The notes beneath the pieces are model-generated. The model searched no databases, had not been told where the DNA came from, and was given only the letters and a program-made list of their open reading frames with translations. From positions 1 to 46,405 of the forward strand of contig WJJX01000108.1 of the NCBI GenBank assembly GCA_014729445.1: DNA of 46,405 nt, written 5' to 3'. The translations under genes were made by a program, and so were the position numbers. The number at the start of each line of letters is the position of its first letter. Positions within the stretch are counted from its first letter, which is position 1. The stretch comes from Candidatus Moraniibacteriota bacterium (GTDB lineage: Bacteria; Patescibacteriota; Minisyncoccia; CAIUEV01; JAHKAQ01). Of this stretch, positions 37,273-46,276 are shown one piece after another.

Positions 37273-39030
37273 TCAAAAAAATTTCAAAACATCCTTACTC
37301 TTCCCTCCTCTTAACCCTCTCTTGTAACTTTCCAACTTATCAAAAGTTCCGTAAATGACGGCCAGACAAAGCCACATCGGCATAAAAAATATTCCGGAAT
37401 TAAACCAATTGGCAACAACAAGACCGATAATTACCATAACAATCATTTGATTATAAATATAAAGTTTATGATAATTCGATTCGCCTTCAATGATGGAAAT
37501 TCGCTTGATTTCTTTCACCAGTCTTTTCTCTCTTCCCGACAAATATTGCAGATTTCTTATGATAAGACGCGATAATAACAAAACAAAAACAACCAAACCG
37601 CCCAAACCGGCGGAAATCCACCACTCCCAAAACACATTACTGGCATTGTACAAATAATCCCTTCTTGCCGTTGTCGCTCCCTGGCCTTGTCCCAAAATCG
37701 GACTTTGTTTAACCAATTCCCAATTGGAATCATAAACGCTCTCTCTTATTTCTATATTTTCGTCACTTATCATTTTCTCAACCACTCGATAACCCAATTT
37801 TTTATAATACTCTATCTCCTCCAAATTGATCTTAAACGATTCATCGCCCCGCTCGGCAACCGTTATAATATGCTCTCTGGTAAAAATACTGACGAATCGA
37901 TCGTTTAAATTAAAGCGGGTTAAATTAAAAACCAAAACCGATCCCAAAGCCAAACCGAAAATAACTAAACTCATCAAAAAAACAAATAAAGAATTAAGAA
38001 AAACCTTAAAATTGATCCGTTTGAAAAACAAACTCAAAATTGAAAAAATCAAAAATCCCCCAAACATTAAGATAACACTCACCCAGGCCGCTCGAGCGAC
38101 ACTAATAATAAGCGTTATAAAGGCCAAATAAAGGATAATCATAATCCAAACCGGCGCCACCCTTACATTCAAAAATTCCAACAGCGCTTTTTTATCCAAT
38201 CGATTTTTCTCTTCCAGATCAAAGCTTTCCTCTCTTTTCTCCTCTTTTTGAAGCTGTTTTTTGAAGCTTGAAAACTGATTCAGTAAAATCGGCACCACAA
38301 GCGCGATTAAAAAAACCAGATACATCCCCAACCAATCCGGCTCGAAAAAAGTGCCATTTGGTCTGGCAGCCATTATCTGAAAACTTTCCAATCCTTTTTC
38401 AAAAGCAACATTTTGATAAATGGAGAAAGCAAGAATCGGAAAAGAGGCAAAGATAAAAGCTTTAACTACTCTCTCTAAACCATATTTTTTGCTTTTTATC
38501 CACCAGTAAATTAGGAAGGTTATAAAAACAACCAAAATAAAAACAATTGTCTGTTTCAAGGAGTAAGAAAAATTATAGGCATTGAACAAAGCGATAAAAC
38601 TAAAAAGAACCAAAAGCCCAAGTAAAGTCAGAAAATATCTGCCCTCGGCATAAACCGCTAAAACCTCTTTTTTTAAATTAAACCAATAAAATCTAAACCA
38701 GCTGAAAAATTCCTTAAGCTTTGAATCTCCCCATTTACAGGTTCGACAATGGTTTTTTCTGATGAGCCTGATGAGACGATAAATCAATATGAAAAAGATA
38801 AAAAAGCCAACCCAGTGATAAATTCGAAATCCCAAAATTTCTATAATATCCACACAGGAAAAAGCGGTTAAAAAAATGATCATCCAGCTCTGTGAAACAA
38901 ATAACATGGTAAAGACCGCGGTCAAAGTCAAAAAACTAACAATTTCACTTTCGAAAAATCCCAGCAGGTAAAAAATCAAAAGAAAAAGCAGCAGTAAATT
39001 AACAACAATGTAAGGAATTTTTCTTCGCAT
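37273..39030 (-). CDS. Polytopic membrane protein, O-antigen ligase/polymerase (Wzy_C)-like
   Basis: About 585 aa from the ATG at 39030, because the longer track ORF runs into tRNA-Leu. It has more than 10 TM segments and a central SVARAAWVSVILMFGG segment reminiscent of Wzy_C. Assignment is by architecture. Confidence 0.45.
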   Translation of the reverse strand: MRRKIPYIVVNLLLLFLLIFYLLGFFESEIVSFLTLTAVFTMLFVSQSWMIIFLTAFSCVDIIEILGFRIYHWVGFFIFFILIYRLIRLIRKNHCRTCKWGDSKLKEFFSWFRFYWFNLKKEVLAVYAEGRYFLTLLGLLVLFSFIALFNAYNFSYSLKQTIVFILVVFITFLIYWWIKSKKYGLERVVKAFIFASFPILAFSIYQNVAFEKGLESFQIMAARPNGTFFEPDWLGMYLVFLIALVVPILLNQFSSFKKQLQKEEKREESFDLEEKNRLDKKALLEFLNVRVAPVWIMIILYLAFITLIISVARAAWVSVILMFGGFLIFSILSLFFKRINFKVFLNSLFVFLMSLVIFGLALGSVLVFNLTRFNLNDRFVSIFTREHIITVAERGDESFKINLEEIEYYKKLGYRVVEKMISDENIEIRESVYDSNWELVKQSPILGQGQGATTARRDYLYNASNVFWEWWISAGLGGLVVFVLLLSRLIIRNLQYLSGREKRLVKEIKRISIIEGESNYHKLYIYNQMIVMVIIGLVVANWFNSGIFFMPMWLCLAVIYGTFDKLESYKRGLRGGKSKDVLKFF

Positions 39031-39051
39031 AACAAAAATATTAACGCCTAG

Positions 39052-39136
39052 TGCCACAGGAGGGATTTGAACCCTCACGTCCCTAAAGGACACTAGCCCC
39101 TCAAGCTAGCCTGTCTACCAATTCCAGCACTGCGGC
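39052..39136 (-). tRNA. tRNA-Leu (anticodon GAG)
   Basis: The 85 nt sequence GCCGCAGTGCTGGAATTGGTAGACAGGCTAGCTTGAGGGGCTAGTGTCCTTTAGGGACGTGAGGGTTCAAATCCCTCCTGTGGCA was folded by hand. It has a 7 bp acceptor, a 3 bp D stem, an anticodon stem CTAGC/GCTAG with loop TTGAGGG, a long variable arm and a GAGGG-TTCAAAT-CCCTC T arm. CCA is not encoded. Confidence 0.85.
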
Positions 39137-39166
39137 TCACAAAGAAACTAAATCAAAATTTCCTAT

Positions 39167-39667
39167 TTATTGGGTTTCTTTCTTATCCTTTGTTTGGCTT
39201 TTTTCTTCTTTGGCCTTATCTGCTTTTTGGCTGTGCTTTTTTGAGGCCTGCTCTTTTTTTGCTTCTTTCCCGATTTCTTTTGATGAATCAGCTTTTTTGT
39301 TTTCTTGTGACGACTTTTGTTGGAATTCTCCTTCGGTTTCAGCCTCCAAAAGCTCGTCGTTTTTTTCAATTAATCTGGAATCTTTTCCCGATCTTTTTCT
39401 TAAATAATAAAGTTTCGATCTCTTAACCTTATGTCTTTTTAAAATTTTGATTTGCTCCACCAAAGGAGAATTAAGTGGAAAAATGAATTCAACACCTACT
39501 CCGCTTGCCATCTTTCTAACGGTTATCGTAGCGCCCTTTTCGTTCCCATGCTTTCTTGCAATGACTGTGCCCTCGATTACCTGGATTCTCTCTTTGTCCC
39601 CTTCTTTAACTTTTCTATTAACTCTCACTTTATCGCCCGCTCTGATTTCATTTAAAATTTTAACCAT
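39167..39667 (-). CDS. rplS: 50S ribosomal protein L19 with a Lys/Glu-rich C-terminal extension
   Basis: 166 aa. The L19 core runs GDKVRVNRKVKEGDKERIQVIEGTVIARKHGNEKGATITVRK...GVEFIFPLNSP.....ILKRHKVRRSKLYYLR. About 50 extra low-complexity residues follow. Confidence 0.92.
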   Translation of the reverse strand: MVKILNEIRAGDKVRVNRKVKEGDKERIQVIEGTVIARKHGNEKGATITVRKMASGVGVEFIFPLNSPLVEQIKILKRHKVKRSKLYYLRKRSGKDSRLIEKNDELLEAETEGEFQQKSSQENKKADSSKEIGKEAKKEQASKKHSQKADKAKEEKSQTKDKKETQ

Positions 39668-39741
39668 ATCAATTAACTAATATTTATCTTCTATTTAAGA
39701 TTAACAGCGTAATGCCTGTAAATTTTCTTTATCTTCCCCTA

Positions 39742-39769
39742 ATAATAGAGAATACTCTTGGGAAGTCAA
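39742..39769 (-). promoter_or_regulatory. Putative promoter for rplS
   Basis: The minus strand reads TTGACT (39764-39769), a 16 nt spacer, then TATTAT (39742-39747), about 75 nt upstream of the ATG. Confidence 0.4.
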
Positions 39770-39886
39770 GGTTTAAGTTGAAAAAATGCAAATAATCCGA
39801 ACCCCCAGGATTGCAAATTTTTCAAAAAACATGCAAAATTAAATTGCTTATTTCGACAATTCTTAAATAAACATTAGCTTCAACAA

Positions 39887-41230
39887 ATGAACGAAAATAT
39901 ACTCAGAAAAAAAGCCTTAAAATATCATCGTCTAAAAGAGAAACCCGGTAAAATCGAAATTAGCCTCACCAAACCTTCCAAAACCCAGGCCGATTTAAGC
40001 CTGGCCTATACCCCGGGTGTCGCCTATCCTTCTCTTGAAATCGCCAAAAAAAAACAAAATTCCTACAAATACACCAACCGAGGCAACTTAATTGCCATTT
40101 TAAGTAATGGAAGCGCCATTTTGGGACTCGGCGACTTGGGACCAGAAGCTGCCTATCCGGTGATGGAAGGCAAAGCCCTGCTTTTTAAAAATTATGCCGA
40201 CATTGACGCTTTTCCTTTGTGTATCCATGGCCGAAAAAACTCCCAAACCTATCAAACCCATCCCGCAAAAATCATCGAATTCGCTAAAGAAATAGCTCCA
40301 TCTGTTGGCGGTATCAACTTGGAAGACATAAAAGCTCCGGAATGTTTTGAAATTGAGGAAGAACTGACCAGAAAATTGGATATTCCGGTATTTCACGACG
40401 ATCAACACGGAACGGCCATCATTACCGTTGCGGCTTTGATTAATGCCTTAAAATTAACTGGCAAAAAAATAGACAAAGTAAAATGCGTTTTCTCCGGAGC
40501 CGGAGCCGCCGGTATCGCAACCGCTAAACTCTTTTTAGCCGCCGGTGTTAAAAAAAAGAACTTGTTTCTCTGCGATTCTAAAGGTGTAATTTACAAAGGC
40601 AGAAAAATAGGTATGAATGCCTATAAAAAAGAATTCGCCATCAGCACAAAAGCGCGGAGCTTAAAAACGGCTCTCAAGAATGCCGACGTCTTTATAGGCG
40701 TTTCCCGAAAAAATCTTTTGCGGCCTTCCATGGTCAAATCTATGGCCAAAGACCCGATTATCTTTGCCATGGCTAATCCCTGGCCGGAAATTATGCCGGA
40801 TCTCGCCCGACAAAGCGGCGCTTTTATCATTGGTACTGGCCGCTCTGATTTTCCCAACCAAATTAACAATGTTTTGGGCTTTCCAGGACTTTTCAGAGGA
40901 CTCCTGGATACCCGCGCTAAAATCATAAACACCGAGATGAAACTGGCCGCCGCCAAAGCCCTTGCCGATTTAACCGAACAGGCCGTCCCGCCTAAAATCA
41001 AAAAACACTTTAAAAAAGCCTATCCAAAGGATTTTAAAAAAGGCATCTTTAATGCCAAAAATCCTCTTAATCAAGACTACGTTATCCCAAAACCCCTGGA
41101 CCCCAGAGTGGTTCCCTTGGTCGCCCAAAAAGTGGCAAAAGCCTCAATTGAAACCAAAAGCGCCCGAAAAAAAATCGCCAGTCTTAAAAAATACCGAGAA
41201 TCAATAGAAAAAAGAATTCAAAATCTCTAA
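39887..41230 (+). CDS. NAD(P)-dependent malic enzyme (short form, no PTA domain)
   Basis: 447 aa with DLSLAYTPGVA, GDLGPEAAYPVMEGKALLFKNYADIDAFP, VFHDDQHGTAI and FSGAGAAGIA (Rossmann). Confidence 0.9.
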   Translation: MNENILRKKALKYHRLKEKPGKIEISLTKPSKTQADLSLAYTPGVAYPSLEIAKKKQNSYKYTNRGNLIAILSNGSAILGLGDLGPEAAYPVMEGKALLFKNYADIDAFPLCIHGRKNSQTYQTHPAKIIEFAKEIAPSVGGINLEDIKAPECFEIEEELTRKLDIPVFHDDQHGTAIITVAALINALKLTGKKIDKVKCVFSGAGAAGIATAKLFLAAGVKKKNLFLCDSKGVIYKGRKIGMNAYKKEFAISTKARSLKTALKNADVFIGVSRKNLLRPSMVKSMAKDPIIFAMANPWPEIMPDLARQSGAFIIGTGRSDFPNQINNVLGFPGLFRGLLDTRAKIINTEMKLAAAKALADLTEQAVPPKIKKHFKKAYPKDFKKGIFNAKNPLNQDYVIPKPLDPRVVPLVAQKVAKASIETKSARKKIASLKKYRESIEKRIQNL

Positions 41231-43731
41231 TTTTTATACCGCTTTTTTATCTCTTCATACCATTTTTCTGGCTCTGAAACATTTTTCAATATCAATTCGG
41301 CCATTGTGCTGCCGGTGGTATTAATAATCACATTCCCGGTTTTAAAAATCTGATTTAATAAACCTTTGTCTTTTTCAATAAAATCGATTTTATCAAAAAT
41401 AATCGAGGTCTGTTTTTTATAAACCAAACCCCTCCTGTATAAAACTCTGTCTTCCTGAACAAGGTAAGTTCTTACTTTAACACTCAAAATAAACAAAATA
41501 ATAAAAAGAAAGCTCAAAATCAGGATAGAAAACGAAACAAAGGCCACCTTCACAAAAATTAAAACAAGCGAATCAATAATAATAAAAAACAATAAAATGC
41601 CTAAAATGGAATTTACTAGATGCGGGCTTCCTTTCAGCACAAAATCTTTTCTCGGTTCTCGATCAAATTCCAGCTCTTTTAAATCAAGATTCGTTTTGAC
41701 TAAACCTAAGCCCAGAATGTAATCAACCAAATCGTCTTTGGTGTCTATATTTTCGACAAAAGCAAAATTAAATCCGTTGGAAACCAGACTCACCGACTTT
41801 TTAGAACCCTGCTTTCTAACCAGTCGCTCTCCGACCAGGTTGAAACTAATCTCGCCCATCTTGGAAAAAGGATATTTTTTAGTCGTTATATCCTTCACGT
41901 TCTCCAAAAGCGAAAAATAATAATGCTTAAAAAATATCCCTTTTTCAAATCTTAAACTATCCTTGAAAAAAACCAGACTCATCTTTTTATAATAGAAATG
42001 GCGATAAACAATTATAATAAGCAATAACACCAAATAAGCGACTAACAGCACCGAAAAAATCGATCTTGCCAACTCAAAACCTTCAAGCAATTCGCCCTCC
42101 AGTCCAAAAGAGAAACCAAAACTTACCAAAAGGAAGCCAAAACAAACTAATAAAATCAAATACTGAAAAAGATAAGCCCTAAATTCATTGCCTAAACTAT
42201 ATTTGGATCCGATTTTATGACTCTTCTCCAACTGTCTGATTCCAACTTTTAAAAGCAATTTCTGGACTGTTTTTTTATCTGCTCGAATGTTTCTTAAAAT
42301 CAAAGGCTGATTCGATCCAATCGAATTAAATTCAATCGTCAAGGTTTTAAACCATTTATCAATGAAATTTTTTTTTAATTCAACCGAGGTTATTTTTTCA
42401 AAGGAAAATTCTATCTTTTTATTGCTCAAAAAATTGTAAGCCTGTTCGATTTTACTGGACTTTACATAGTAAGTTGTTGCAAATACGGGAATTATCCCAA
42501 CCAGGGAAGAGGTAACAAAAACCACCAAAACCGGCAAAAGACCAGCCAAGGCAAGCGGCACAAAAATAATCAGGGGAATGAAAATCAAAACCACCCCGCC
42601 CAAAATCAGCAAAAAACCGAAAAGAGATCGGAACGGCTGCATTTTAAATTCATCGATATAATTTTTATCATAAATATTTTTGATGGTCGATTTTTCCTTG
42701 TTTGATTTAGTCTCGCCTTTGGTTTTGCTTTCTGATTCAAGTTTGTCCTTCGCTTTAAGCGATTTCCGCTCCGCCCTGTTTATCAGAGAATCTAAAACTT
42801 CGTTCATTTCTTTGCCTTTTCTTAAATTTTTGAACAATATTTCGCTATCTCCGCCCTGGCAGCTTAATTTAACGTCGTAAATTCCGAAAATCCGACTAAT
42901 CAAAGATTGATCCAAATTGGAATCAGAAAGATTGCTAAAAGGAATAAAAGCATAGTTCTTATTTAAAAAACCGTCTTTATAAACAATCACGTCTTCGTAA
43001 ATAAAATATTTTCTTTTCAAAAGATCCAAAAAAGCTATGAATTGTCTCAAAATCGAATAAACAAAAACCGCCAAAATAATCAAAACAAAAGAACCGAGCC
43101 TTGTCCAATTAAAATCGACTGCTTGAGAGATATGGATATCCGCTACAAATTCTCCCAAAAAAAAGACAATAAAAACTAAAATCCCCAAAATATTTTTGAA
43201 AACCTCGAATAAAACTCCAAGAATTACCGGTTTATCCCTAAATTTTAAACTTTTCCTGCTGAGCTCAAAACCATTTTTTTCCATCAATGCGCTAATTTGT
43301 TTGTATTTTTGACTGGTTTTATCTACGGATTCCAAAAAAATCTCGCTGGAGGCGGAACCGGCCGACTCGACCCTGACTCTTCCGGTTTTGAAAACGGCAT
43401 GTTCAATAAAAGGAAGCCGCATTTTGACATGGGTAATATTTTTAACCAAAAGCTCTGTCTCAGAATCCGAAAATAAATTTCCGCCTTTTTGAACAATTCT
43501 ATCTTCTAAAAAAACATACTCTCTTTTCGAAAAAGCGACCAATGAGTTAATCAAATTAAAACCACTGGCCAAAACAAAAATAGAAACAACCAAAGTCCAA
43601 ACCAAAAAAGAATCAAAAAATATAGTCAAAATAAAGCCAATCAACAAAAAAACAAAAAACAAAATTAAAACAGCTAATAAATTCCTCTTAATCAAAAAAG
43701 CAGCTTTTTGAGGTTTAATCATTTTTTGCAT
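41227..43731 (-). CDS. Membrane protein with five repeated (TM hairpin + bacterial PH/bPH_2-like) modules (YdbT-like)
   Basis: 834 aa. A block occurs five times, each after a pair of TM helices: Y-h-x-(E/K)D-x-h-x(4)-G-x-h...h-x-F-x-x-h...F-(K/G)-x-G-x-h-x-h-x(3)-G. Examples: REYVFLEDRIVQKGG...FKTGRVRVESAG and RTYLVQEDRVLYRRG...FKTGNVIINTTG. Confidence 0.6.
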   Translation of the reverse strand: MQKMIKPQKAAFLIKRNLLAVLILFFVFLLIGFILTIFFDSFLVWTLVVSIFVLASGFNLINSLVAFSKREYVFLEDRIVQKGGNLFSDSETELLVKNITHVKMRLPFIEHAVFKTGRVRVESAGSASSEIFLESVDKTSQKYKQISALMEKNGFELSRKSLKFRDKPVILGVLFEVFKNILGILVFIVFFLGEFVADIHISQAVDFNWTRLGSFVLIILAVFVYSILRQFIAFLDLLKRKYFIYEDVIVYKDGFLNKNYAFIPFSNLSDSNLDQSLISRIFGIYDVKLSCQGGDSEILFKNLRKGKEMNEVLDSLINRAERKSLKAKDKLESESKTKGETKSNKEKSTIKNIYDKNYIDEFKMQPFRSLFGFLLILGGVVLIFIPLIIFVPLALAGLLPVLVVFVTSSLVGIIPVFATTYYVKSSKIEQAYNFLSNKKIEFSFEKITSVELKKNFIDKWFKTLTIEFNSIGSNQPLILRNIRADKKTVQKLLLKVGIRQLEKSHKIGSKYSLGNEFRAYLFQYLILLVCFGFLLVSFGFSFGLEGELLEGFELARSIFSVLLVAYLVLLLIIIVYRHFYYKKMSLVFFKDSLRFEKGIFFKHYYFSLLENVKDITTKKYPFSKMGEISFNLVGERLVRKQGSKKSVSLVSNGFNFAFVENIDTKDDLVDYILGLGLVKTNLDLKELEFDREPRKDFVLKGSPHLVNSILGILLFFIIIDSLVLIFVKVAFVSFSILILSFLFIILFILSVKVRTYLVQEDRVLYRRGLVYKKQTSIIFDKIDFIEKDKGLLNQIFKTGNVIINTTGSTMAELILKNVSEPEKWYEEIKKRYKN

Positions 43732-43753
43732 AAATATGATGAAAAATTTTTTA

Positions 43754-44959
43754 TTATTTAGCTTCTTTAACTATATCAAATACAATCCGGCCAAATTTAT
43801 CAAACTTATTTTGAATAAAGTTCAGATCATCTTCATCCATTAAATATATAATATCGCTAATTGTTAATTTCATAAAATTTTCCTGCGCATCAGAAGATTC
43901 TCTTTGTTTTTGACGAAGCTTCGAGAGTTTTTCGTTTTCCATTATTTTTGCTTTTAGGATATCTTGAATCAAAGAATTTAATAAATTGCTGGTAAAAGCA
44001 TAGCCCTTTTGATCTTTTTTCATAAACCAAGAGCCTAGAAAAAATCTTTTATCTTGAGAAATCGAAGCCCAGTCAGATAAAAATTCAAAAGCCTCTTTGG
44101 AACTGCTCATCTTAATTCCCCTAGCTTCAAGTTCTTTATTCAATTTACTCCAATCTCTTTGACTCCTACCTGAAAATCCAAACTCTGTAAACAAAATACC
44201 ATGAGCTAATTCATTGGCTTCAATACAAGTATTATAAGTTGCTTGATCAAAATCTTCCCATAAAGGATTCCGATCAGTTAGCTTTTTTATTTCCTCATAC
44301 TGCTGGTTCAAATGCGCCCTGTTTACAAAAGAGAGCCCAAAAATATTTTGACCACTCGGCAAAAAATTGGATTCATTCACATAAAACAATTCTGTTTTTT
44401 GGTCAAGCACCCCTTCTTCTTTAAAACAATGCACTAAACCGGCATAATCTGAATAATTAACCTCTTTTCTCCCTTTTTCTTCAATTTCAATAAAGGCATC
44501 CCCCCCTAGATTGCGATAAAGAGTATTATAAAATTGACCATTTCTAGCAAAATAAAGAATCAAATCATGCAAAGCCGTATTAAATCGATTTTCCCCCATC
44601 GAAGAGTGCACTAATCCATTCAACAATTTAAACAAAGTATCATCTGGAGCCTGCTTAGAATATTTATTAAATTGAGTTATAGTCGAAGCTATTATGTCAT
44701 AAGTCAAACTTTCCTCAGTTTCATTTGCATCTAAATCCGAAATAGTAAACTGTGTTTCATTTACCTTTCTTGCTATAAGACTTACAAACCTCCTTGTTTC
44801 TTCATGAACTTCACCCTCCTTTGCCAAAACTTCCCCGACTTTTGATCCCCCGCTACTCCAAAAATATAAAAATGCAAACGCAAAGTTTCGCAAAAAATCC
44901 CTTCTTGACATTGAAAAATCCTCTTCTTTATATTCCTTATGTTCATAAGGATTTTCCAT
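43754..44959 (-). CDS. Hypothetical protein with a twin-arginine (Tat)-like signal
   Basis: 401 aa. MSRRDFLRNFAFAFLYFWSSGG at aa 17-38 matches the S-R-R-x-F-L-K consensus plus an h-region. The true start may be the ATG at 44911. No catalytic motif recognised. Confidence 0.5.
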   Translation of the reverse strand: MENPYEHKEYKEEDFSMSRRDFLRNFAFAFLYFWSSGGSKVGEVLAKEGEVHEETRRFVSLIARKVNETQFTISDLDANETEESLTYDIIASTITQFNKYSKQAPDDTLFKLLNGLVHSSMGENRFNTALHDLILYFARNGQFYNTLYRNLGGDAFIEIEEKGRKEVNYSDYAGLVHCFKEEGVLDQKTELFYVNESNFLPSGQNIFGLSFVNRAHLNQQYEEIKKLTDRNPLWEDFDQATYNTCIEANELAHGILFTEFGFSGRSQRDWSKLNKELEARGIKMSSSKEAFEFLSDWASISQDKRFFLGSWFMKKDQKGYAFTSNLLNSLIQDILKAKIMENEKLSKLRQKQRESSDAQENFMKLTISDIIYLMDEDDLNFIQNKFDKFGRIVFDIVKEAK

Positions 44960-45063
44960 AATTTTTTAAATTAATAAACTAATAACGAATATACCACTAT
45001 ACCACGTCATAGCGATAACGAACAACAAAACTCACTTTCGCTATTGCTACGGCCTAAGGAAGG

Positions 45064-45150
45064 CGGAGAGAGAGGGATTCGAACCCTCGGAGCCCGTGAA
45101 GGCTCAACACCTTAGCAGGGTGCTGCTTTCAGCCACTCAGCCATCTCTCC
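45064..45150 (-). tRNA. tRNA-Ser (anticodon GCU)
   Basis: The 87 nt sequence GGAGAGATGGCTGAGTGGCTGAAAGCAGCACCCTGCTAAGGTGTTGAGCCTTCACGGGCTCCGAGGGTTCGAATCCCTCTCTCTCCG has a 7 bp acceptor, an anticodon loop CTGCTAA, a long variable arm (GAGCC/GGCTC) and a GAGGG-TTCGAAT-CCCTC T arm. Confidence 0.85.
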
Positions 45151-45151
45151 T

Positions 45152-46276
45152 TTAAAGATATTTTTTCCTTTTCTTGTTTTTTTTAAGCTTTTCAATAATC
45201 GCTTTAACATCCTGACTCCTGCCCCTCGGACAAACCAGCAAAGCGTCTTTCGTATCGACTATTACCATATCATCTAATCCGATAGTTGCAACCATCTTGC
45301 CGCTTGTAGTGTAAACCAAACTATGCGTAGTATCCACCCCCATCCAGTTTCCCTTGACTAAATTGCCTTTCGAATCGGCTTTATTTAACATTCGCTTATG
45401 TAAATCGTTCCAGCTGCCCACATCGCTCCAGCCAAATTCACCCTTGATTATCAGAATATCCCTGGGCTTCATTTTTTCGGTTATCGCATAATCGATCATT
45501 GTTTTGGGAATTTTTCGAAAAATTTTCCCAATCAGCATCTGTTTTTTGGTTGATCTTCGACCTTTATAAACAATGCTCTTTTTATCTTTTTTCAGAATAT
45601 CTCTGATTTCTTCCAAAGGTTTGTAAACTTCCGGGGCGTATTTTTTAAAAGCCTCTAAAAACATCTCGGGAGTCCACATATAAAAATTGCCATGCCACAA
45701 ATACTCTCTTTTATCAAAATATTTTTGAGCGACCTTATAGGAAGGCTTTTCTTTATGACCTAAAAATTCATAGATTTCGATCCCTTTTTCCGTTCTAACC
45801 TGGGCGCCGATCCGGGTATAACCCAAAGCGGTTGAGGGATATTCCGGAACAATACCGATATCCAAAAGTTTGCCGGTTCTTTTAATCTCGGCTTCGGCAA
45901 TTTCCAAAGTCTGCAAAAACAAGTTATTGTCCTTAATATAATGATCCGAGGCCACAAAAGCCAAAGGTTCCGAAGGATCGTCAACGGATAAAACCGCCGC
46001 CACATAACCCATTGCCGCCGCGGTATCCCTCTTTTCGGGTTCCACAATGATATTTTGCACTTTAAAATCCGGCAGAATCTTTATCACGTTCTTATAATAT
46101 CCGGGAGTCGTTGAAATATAAATCTTGTCCAGCGAGTATTCTTTTTTAAAGCGATTCAATGTAATCTCCAACAGGGTTTTTTTTCCCATCACTTTGCTAA
46201 ACTGCTTGGGGCTGTTTCTCCTGCTCATCGGCCAGAGTCGAGTGCCGCTACCTCCGGCTAAAATGACGATTTTCAT
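45152..46276 (-). CDS. manC: Mannose-1-phosphate guanylyltransferase (GDP-mannose pyrophosphorylase)
   Basis: 374 aa with an N-terminal MKIVILAGGSGTRLWPMSRRNSPKQF and EPEKRDTAAAMG, both typical of ManC/CpsB nucleotidyltransferases. There is no C-terminal isomerase domain. Confidence 0.82.
   Translation of the reverse strand: MKIVILAGGSGTRLWPMSRRNSPKQFSKVMGKKTLLEITLNRFKKEYSLDKIYISTTPGYYKNVIKILPDFKVQNIIVEPEKRDTAAAMGYVAAVLSVDDPSEPLAFVASDHYIKDNNLFLQTLEIAEAEIKRTGKLLDIGIVPEYPSTALGYTRIGAQVRTEKGIEIYEFLGHKEKPSYKVAQKYFDKREYLWHGNFYMWTPEMFLEAFKKYAPEVYKPLEEIRDILKKDKKSIVYKGRRSTKKQMLIGKIFRKIPKTMIDYAITEKMKPRDILIIKGEFGWSDVGSWNDLHKRMLNKADSKGNLVKGNWMGVDTTHSLVYTTSGKMVATIGLDDMVIVDTKDALLVCPRGRSQDVKAIIEKLKKNKKRKKYL

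Noticed and set aside
39031-39093. N-terminal 21 codons of the 606 aa track ORF (MSFRDVRVQIPPVALGVNIFV).
   Set aside because: This stretch is the reverse read-through of the tRNA-Leu gene (39052-39136). The internal ATG at 39030, followed by a basic, TM-type N-terminus, is the plausible start.
39163-39369. 68 aa extremely Lys-rich ORF overlapping the rplS tail in another frame.
   Set aside because: It is a frame artefact of the A/G-rich sequence that encodes the L19 C-terminal extension.
39052-45150. Segment bracketed by tRNA-Leu and tRNA-Ser, considered as a possible tRNA-targeted genomic island.
   Set aside because: There is no integrase or recombinase, no direct repeat of a tRNA 3' end and no obvious compositional shift by eye. 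The segment also contains core genes (rplS, malic enzyme).
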